From a virus, in the IMG/VR virus record IMGVR_UViG_3300024350_000006: a stretch of DNA of 64,000 bases; one strand, 5' to 3'. The position numbers and the translations under genes were made by a program. This document shows, piece by piece, positions 58,250-64,000 of the stretch (positions within the stretch are counted from its first letter, which is position 1; every line of letters starts with the position of its first letter). Under the pieces are notes generated by a model. It was given only the letters and a program-made list of their open reading frames with translations, was not told where the DNA came from and did not search any database.

Positions 58250-58786
58250 ATGACTCAGGCAGTTATGCTGGACATTGAAACTCTGGGTATACGTCCCGAG
58301 AGTGTGATACTCACACTTGGCGCGGTAAAGTTTGATCCCTACATTCCTGGAAAAATATATGATGGACTCTATCTACGTGTAGATGTAGACGAACAAATAG
58401 CACAGGGTAGATTGGTAGATCCCGAAACTGTAGACTGGTGGGGTAAACAAAGTGAACCAATTCGAGAAGAAGCTCTAGGAGATAAGGACCGAGTTAGTGT
58501 TACTGATTTAATGAAACAATTAAACAAATTTCTCGTAGCAGTTGATGAAATATGGTGTCAAGGTCCTAGTTTTGATATTGTTATTCTAGAAAATATCTAT
58601 AGGCAATATGAGACTCCACATAACTGGAAGTATTTTCAGATACGAGATAGTAGAACCTTATTTCAGGTACACGGAGATCCACGAGATAGAAATTCTGCAG
58701 GACTTCACAATGCGCTAGAAGATTGTATAAGTCAGGCACAGGGTGTACAAAAAATTTATAAAGATCTAGGCATACAAAAGAGATGA
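58250..58786 (+). CDS. DEDDh 3'-5' exonuclease
   Basis: MLDIETLG, SFD, RDSRT, HNALED. Confidence 0.88.
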   Translation: MTQAVMLDIETLGIRPESVILTLGAVKFDPYIPGKIYDGLYLRVDVDEQIAQGRLVDPETVDWWGKQSEPIREEALGDKDRVSVTDLMKQLNKFLVAVDEIWCQGPSFDIVILENIYRQYETPHNWKYFQIRDSRTLFQVHGDPRDRNSAGLHNALEDCISQAQGVQKIYKDLGIQKR

Positions 58787-59274
58787 GAAAAATCAAGATT
58801 GTAAAATCCAAGGATGCGTTAGTATCAACTAGGAAATACTATCTTGCCTACGGTCTAAATACCAACTTACAAAGTATGCTAGCAAGATGTCCCGACGCCA
58901 AGTTATTGGGCAATGTTTTAATTAAAGGCTATAAATTAGTTTTTAAAACGCATTGCGATATCGTCGCAGAAAAAAATAGTGATCTAAATTGTGTACTCTG
59001 GAGCATTACTCAACAATGCGAAAAAAACCTTGATTTATTAGAAGGGTATCCAGAATACTATGTCAAAAAAAATCTGAACGTAAGTTTTCAGGGTAAAACA
59101 GTACAAGCGTTAATTTATTGTATGCGCGAAAAAAACAGTGAAATTTTGCCCAGTCAAAATTATCTTGATCTTGTGGTCGCGGGTTATCGTGAAAACAAAC
59201 TAGATCTTGATCAAATAAAGCGAGCCCTGCTTAGTGCCCACAAACAAGAAACAAATAATAGTTATAAAGTATAG
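58783..59274 (+). CDS. Gamma-glutamylcyclotransferase-fold protein
   Basis: YYLAYGLN, LDLLEGYP.YY. Confidence 0.8.
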   Translation: MRKIKIVKSKDALVSTRKYYLAYGLNTNLQSMLARCPDAKLLGNVLIKGYKLVFKTHCDIVAEKNSDLNCVLWSITQQCEKNLDLLEGYPEYYVKKNLNVSFQGKTVQALIYCMREKNSEILPSQNYLDLVVAGYRENKLDLDQIKRALLSAHKQETNNSYKV

Positions 59275-59357
59275 TATTATGCCATATAATATATTTTAAT
59301 GATTCCTTACAAGGTTGTAAATATTGTTAATTACCAAGATAAGGTAATACTAACAAT

Positions 59358-60239
59358 ATGAGATTTACAAAAAAACTAAAAATTTATTTGGCCTTTGCGG
59401 GCCTATTTTTTTCAGCTGCACTTCCAGCACAAACCTACGATTCTAGTACTCTAGTAGATACTAATAGTACAAGTACCAGCACCAGCACGGTGAACAGCAC
59501 TAGTACCAGTACAGCTACAAACAATACAAACGTCAACAGTACTAGTACTAACACTAATACAAATATAAACAGTGGTGATCAGACTATAAGAAATGTCTAT
59601 AGTGGAACTCAGACTATAAACAACAACACAAATTATAGTGGAAGTCAGACATTAAACAATAATATGAATTATAGTGGTGAACAAACCATCAACAATGTGC
59701 AGAGTGGTGGCACTACTAATACTAATAACAACAGTAACAGTTATAGCGGTGATCAAACCATACGTAATGTACAGAGTGGTGGCACTACAAATAAGAATAT
59801 TAACGACGTTACACAGAAAGTTATACAACCTCCACCCACAGCCATTGCACCAGCAATGATGTCGGGAGGTAACAATGATTTGTGTACCACAGGAACTTCA
59901 GGTGCAGTGCAAACACAAATATTAGGTGTGAGTACTGGTGGAACAGTTCGTGATATGAACTGCGAACGTTTAAAATTAGCCAGTAGATTATACGATATGG
60001 GAATGAAGGTAGCCGCAGTTGCCACACTGTGTCAAGACCGTCGTGTGTTTGATGCTATGTGGAACGCTGGCACTCCTTGCCCCTATGAGGGCAAGATTGG
60101 AGATGCTGCACGTGAGCTATGGGAACAAAATCCTACCAAAATCCCAAGAGTAGAGGAACTCGCAAAAGATGATACAGTTAAGAAAATGGGCATCGGCGCT
60201 TTGCTTGGCGCTGTTATCTATAAGTTATTCGCCTTCTAA
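59358..60239 (+). CDS. Secreted/membrane protein with N/T/S-rich repeats and Cys-rich domain
   Basis: Signal peptide, SGxQTI/LNN repeats, C...CERLK...LCQD...GTPCP, C-terminal TM. Confidence 0.8.
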   Translation: MRFTKKLKIYLAFAGLFFSAALPAQTYDSSTLVDTNSTSTSTSTVNSTSTSTATNNTNVNSTSTNTNTNINSGDQTIRNVYSGTQTINNNTNYSGSQTLNNNMNYSGEQTINNVQSGGTTNTNNNSNSYSGDQTIRNVQSGGTTNKNINDVTQKVIQPPPTAIAPAMMSGGNNDLCTTGTSGAVQTQILGVSTGGTVRDMNCERLKLASRLYDMGMKVAAVATLCQDRRVFDAMWNAGTPCPYEGKIGDAARELWEQNPTKIPRVEELAKDDTVKKMGIGALLGAVIYKLFAF

Positions 60240-61641
60240 CGCCCAGACTTCAGTAACTGACAATCTAGTAGGTAATACTGGAAACTCTTGGAGCGGCTGT
60301 TATTCTAATAGTGCAGGATCCTTCTGGGGAGGTATATTTGGCGGTCCTTGTCCAGGAGTTAGGGACGATGGCTATATGGTGTTTAGTTACGGACAATACA
60401 CTCTTAGTCAAAGCATAGCCATTAATCAAGCACTAGCTAACGCTGGGTCTGGATTACAGGTCAGCGGTTATAACTATTCCTGGAGTGTTAAAAATTCTAA
60501 TATAAACGGATGGCAGCCAGGTAGTTATGATCCAATTGCCTATATAGACGTTAACCTTTACAGTAACACAGGCTCTTTATTGGTAAATGATAGATACAAT
60601 TATGGTTATCATATTCCAAGTTGGACCACATTCTCTGGTACAAGAAATTATACAACACCATATGCTACCTCGGGTCTTGGCAATATTCAGTTGTCAGTAA
60701 CAGCTAAAGATTCAGGATTTTGGGCAGGATATTACGGTCCTGAATTTATGAATTTTAATCTTAGTTTAAATTATAGTTTAGATCCCTGTGTAAACAATCC
60801 TTTGTATAGTACAACTTGTACGGGCTACGCTGCTGCCTATCTAGCTAGTTTATCTAAAACAAGTACTACCAGTGTTTCTCCCACAGCTACATCAACTGGT
60901 ATTGTGCCTGATGCAACCAAAACAGATCCCACAGTTACCAATGTTGGGGGAGTAGAACTGAGCACCTCGGGAAAAGTAAGTGCGCCTGATAATATACCTC
61001 AGGTTGTCAAAGACAGTCAAGCGCCATCTCAGAATTCTGCCGTGAAGAAAGATAACTCAGCAGCGGTGGCAGCAGGGCTAAATGCCATTAAGAAAAATGC
61101 AGAAAGAGATCAGGCTATAGTAAATCAAACACTAAGCGCAGTAGAGGCTAACAATAATAGTGTACAATCGTCAGCGATAAACAATTCTTTAAGTACAGCA
61201 AGAGAAAGCAGTGAAAAAACTGGGGTAGGGACATTTAATGGTTTAAACGTAGCTATGAGAACTACAAATAATACTATTAATAGTGCAGTTAATGAAATAC
61301 AAAATAATAACCTTACTAACAGTCTTATTAATAACCTACTACAACCAAGTACAAGTTTAAGAATTGATCAAACACCCCAAGAGCAGAGAGCATCCACAGT
61401 TAATCGCAACGCTCCTAATAACGAATTAGCAGGTGGAGTTAGTTTAGACAGTATGGCACGTACACCACAGGGATTTGAGGCCTATATGGCAGGCCTAGTA
61501 GATCGTCCTTTTTATGCACCTAGAGAAATCTATCGAGGACAACGAACAGTAGACAACGCAAGAGCCGAGCGTTTTTTAAATGGTGCTAGTGATGCTCTGC
61601 ACCAACGTATGGTAGAACAACAATATAACTTAGGAAACTAA
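60169..61641 (+). CDS. Secreted protein with lectin-like N-domain
   Basis: Signal peptide ending SNA-Q, GFWAGYYGP, DPC..NPL....C.GY. Confidence 0.75.
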   Translation: MIQLRKWASALCLALLSISYSPSNAQTSVTDNLVGNTGNSWSGCYSNSAGSFWGGIFGGPCPGVRDDGYMVFSYGQYTLSQSIAINQALANAGSGLQVSGYNYSWSVKNSNINGWQPGSYDPIAYIDVNLYSNTGSLLVNDRYNYGYHIPSWTTFSGTRNYTTPYATSGLGNIQLSVTAKDSGFWAGYYGPEFMNFNLSLNYSLDPCVNNPLYSTTCTGYAAAYLASLSKTSTTSVSPTATSTGIVPDATKTDPTVTNVGGVELSTSGKVSAPDNIPQVVKDSQAPSQNSAVKKDNSAAVAAGLNAIKKNAERDQAIVNQTLSAVEANNNSVQSSAINNSLSTARESSEKTGVGTFNGLNVAMRTTNNTINSAVNEIQNNNLTNSLINNLLQPSTSLRIDQTPQEQRASTVNRNAPNNELAGGVSLDSMARTPQGFEAYMAGLVDRPFYAPREIYRGQRTVDNARAERFLNGASDALHQRMVEQQYNLGN

Positions 61642-61642
61642 A

Positions 61643-62515
61643 ATGGCAGAAGAAAATGAAAATAAAAATGAAGAAGAACTAGAAGACGATGAGTCTCAAG
61701 AAGATGAATCTGAAGAGCAAGAGGAAGAAGAAGAGTCAGATGATGACTCTAATCTTGATGAATTAGTTGCAGGTGCTGCCGCCGCTGGTCTTGCTGGTGC
61801 AGCAGCTAGTAGAGGCTCTGCTAAGTCCAAGAGTAAAAAGTCTGCTAAAGGTAAACCTGTCGTAAAAGGCAAAGCCAAACCAGCAAAGCCTGTGATGCCC
61901 GAAGGTACAGTAGACATCAATGCTAAAGTAGAAGATCTACAAAAGCTTACAGACAAAAATACTGTATGGACTGTAGCTGGTTATAGTTTCACTCCAGCAA
62001 AGTTGATGATACTGGGTACTATTTTAAGTACAGCTCTTGGTGGTCTTTATGGCGCATTTGAAGTCTATAAAGACTATATGGATATGAAAGAGAAGATCGC
62101 AAAGTATGTGGCTCCTGACTTATCTGAAATCTATAAGAAAATGGAAGTGTTAGAGGCTACTACAAATAAGAGTGTAGAATATACACAGGACATCAAAAAC
62201 GATCTTAAGAACGATATACGTCGTTTGGAAAGTGTTGTAGAGAGTGTAGAGCGTGACAGTAAAATAGCGCAGAGAGAAACTGATAAATCAGTTCAGGACG
62301 CACGTAGAGATGTACGTGAAACTAAGCAAGAAGTAGATCGTATTACTAGACAGTTAGAAAAGGACACTACACAGCAGAATAAGGAATTACAGCGACAAGT
62401 TGACGGGGCAGTAAGACAACTACAAAAGGAAAATGAACAAGAAATCAAGCAATTACGCCGGGAACTTGATGATAAAATCAAAAAAGCATTAGATAATCCT
62501 TTATCAGGAAAATAA
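61643..62515 (+). CDS. Single-TM coiled-coil protein with acidic/basic N-terminus
   Basis: E/D tract, K-rich tract, TM LGGLYGAFE, heptads, ALDNPL. Confidence 0.8.
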   Translation: MAEENENKNEEELEDDESQEDESEEQEEEEESDDDSNLDELVAGAAAAGLAGAAASRGSAKSKSKKSAKGKPVVKGKAKPAKPVMPEGTVDINAKVEDLQKLTDKNTVWTVAGYSFTPAKLMILGTILSTALGGLYGAFEVYKDYMDMKEKIAKYVAPDLSEIYKKMEVLEATTNKSVEYTQDIKNDLKNDIRRLESVVESVERDSKIAQRETDKSVQDARRDVRETKQEVDRITRQLEKDTTQQNKELQRQVDGAVRQLQKENEQEIKQLRRELDDKIKKALDNPLSGK

Positions 62516-62522
62516 ATACCAT

Positions 62523-62864
62523 ATGAAAACCACTCTAGCTGCCATCTTACTGGCCACTATAGCCTCGGCAGCTAGTGCCGAACCACATTCCCGACAAGTC
62601 CGTATGATGTGCGGTAGCCTTGAGGAAGTGGAAATGACAGTGGAAAAGTATGGGGAAAAATTGATAATTGCCACGCAAGCCCCCAACGAAGAAAGTCATA
62701 ACCTATTGTATGTTAACTTTGAAACACAGACATCCAGCTGGTTTATACACGATCTAGGAACTAATGAATACTGTATGGCGGGAGTAGGAAAAGCAATACA
62801 TATTCCCGAGGACAGTCCTATAAAACAAGGCACAGGAATTGGAACAAGAATTAATTACAAATAA
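62523..62864 (+). CDS. Secreted hypothetical protein
   Basis: Signal peptide ASA-EP; two Cys. Confidence 0.75.
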   Translation: MKTTLAAILLATIASAASAEPHSRQVRMMCGSLEEVEMTVEKYGEKLIIATQAPNEESHNLLYVNFETQTSSWFIHDLGTNEYCMAGVGKAIHIPEDSPIKQGTGIGTRINYK

Positions 62865-62889
62865 AAACCTGGATTTTCCAGGTTTTTTT
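62863..62889 (+). terminator. Intrinsic (bidirectional-type) terminator
   Basis: AAAAACCTGGA-TTT-TCCAGGTTTTT. Confidence 0.88.
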
Positions 62890-62906
62890 ATGACAAGGAG
62901 CAAGCT

Positions 62907-62987
62907 ATGAGCTGGTTCGGACACAGACCCCAAAGAAATCCACCCCCACCCCCACAACCCAGTAAATCCCCTAATCGTATCGAATAA
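62907..62987 (+). CDS. 26 aa proline-rich peptide MSWFGHRPQRNPPPPPQPSKSPNRIE
   Basis: AAGGAG SD 6 nt upstream; manual translation. Confidence 0.5.
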   Translation: MSWFGHRPQRNPPPPPQPSKSPNRIE

Positions 62988-63048
62988 ATACCCAGTATTC
63001 AACTATATTTGATTCTCAAAATAATAACAATAAAGGAATCAACTAAGC

Positions 63049-63828
63049 GTGGATCCACTAACGCTGTTCGCGCTGGCCAATGGGGCCGTTAAACTTGTAA
63101 AGGAAGGCTGTAAACTCTACAAGGATATAAAAGGAGCTGCTGGGGACATAAAAGACGTCCTCCAGGATCTTGACGACCAATTCCATCAGAAATACAAAGA
63201 TCGTACACCAACTGTAGCAGAAAAAAACCAGTATATAGCTGAAAAAAATCGTATCATTGACTTAAACAAACAAAGCGGTGATACTACCAACATATACACA
63301 CAAATTGGAGAACAGCTGGGCGTATATTTTGATAACCTGCATAAGTGTAATGCAGTATTTCAGGAAGAAGAACGTCGCAGCAAGACCGAAGTTTACCACG
63401 GAGAAGACAGTGTAGGAAAACGTGCCCTACAACGTGTTCTACTTAAAAAGCAACTAGATGCAATGGGCGCTGAACTACGAGAAATTATGGTATATCAAAG
63501 TCCTCCAGAACTAGGAGCTCTGTGGACTGAAGTAGAAGCAATGATGAAGGTAGTAGGCAAAGAACAGGCTGGTGCTATCGCTCTAGAAATGCAGAGAGAG
63601 GCGGCTGCTAGAAAACGAAAACAAAAAAGAATTAAACAGATTAAAGAACGCATAGCCTGTTGGTCTGTAAGTTTAATTGCAGTTTTGTATGCTTTATGGT
63701 TACTCTGGGCCATTGTGCAGATAAGAATAGAAGTAAAACCAGAACTGGGCCGTTGTCTACTACCCAAGGGAACTTTGTTTTATGAAAGCTATAACAACTT
63801 AAAATGGGTCGAGTGTGAAATCAAATAA
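63049..63828 (+). CDS. Helical protein with C-terminal TM
   Basis: GTG start, MDPLTL N-terminus. Confidence 0.75.
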   Translation: MDPLTLFALANGAVKLVKEGCKLYKDIKGAAGDIKDVLQDLDDQFHQKYKDRTPTVAEKNQYIAEKNRIIDLNKQSGDTTNIYTQIGEQLGVYFDNLHKCNAVFQEEERRSKTEVYHGEDSVGKRALQRVLLKKQLDAMGAELREIMVYQSPPELGALWTEVEAMMKVVGKEQAGAIALEMQREAAARKRKQKRIKQIKERIACWSVSLIAVLYALWLLWAIVQIRIEVKPELGRCLLPKGTLFYESYNNLKWVECEIK

Positions 63829-63852
63829 CTATATGAATACCAGGAAACAAAT

Positions 63853-64000
63853 ATGACTATTTTTATGCGCTCGCTTTTTTTAATTTTTACTTTCCTTGCA
63901 ATTCATTTTGGGGATATTTTTGGTATCTTGCTAGCAGTGTCAGGTTTTATAGTGATGGAAAAGTTTTGTGAAGATCTCGAGAAATTCAATGGCAAAGATT
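63853..64000 (+). CDS. Partial membrane protein (runs off the window)
   Basis: AGGA SD; MTIFMRSLFLIF... open to the end. Confidence 0.5.
   Translation, partial: MTIFMRSLFLIFTFLAIHFGDIFGILLAVSGFIVMEKFCEDLEKFNGKD

Noticed and set aside
31544-58786. TAG recoding or fusions (TAG abutting an in-frame ATG at 32240 and 58250)
   Set aside because: Conserved genes are full length in the standard code, nrdB has its own SD, and TAA junctions show the same abutting pattern (13608, 27286).

Overview
This window is a 64 kb segment of a large, AT-rich, T4-like (myovirus-type) dsDNA phage. It is gene-dense and almost entirely on the + strand in the standard code. The host is probably a proteobacterium, inferred from IscU, IscA and NrdAB resembling the E. 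coli type. Contents in order: (1) a coupled NadE plus nucleotide-sugar operon resembling a branched 3,6-dideoxysugar (yersiniose-type) pathway; (2) a sigma70-type AAA ATPase operon ending in a structured RNA whose loop is complementary to the operon's own RBS; (3) replication genes, namely a UvsW-like helicase, a gp62-like clamp-loader subunit, a ~190 aa DnaE-like polymerase core, a primase and a DnaB-like helicase; (4) putative head-internal proteins sharing an N-terminal M-[KRN]-[IL]-x-E motif; (5) iscU, a radical SAM gene, iscA, an exonuclease, nrdA, an SGNH-like gene, nrdB and grx; (6) PAAR/baseplate genes and a cell-wall hydrolase; (7) an early-type small-gene island; (8) a 13 kb tail-fibre/adhesin block; (9) GT2, rpsU, hsp20 with a ROSE-like RNA thermometer, clpS, an exonuclease and GGCT; (10) secreted and membrane proteins. 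CATG appears to be absent throughout, and CTAG is abundant. I found no tRNA, CRISPR array, integrase, RT, intron or intein. All calls come from reading motifs by eye, with no database search.
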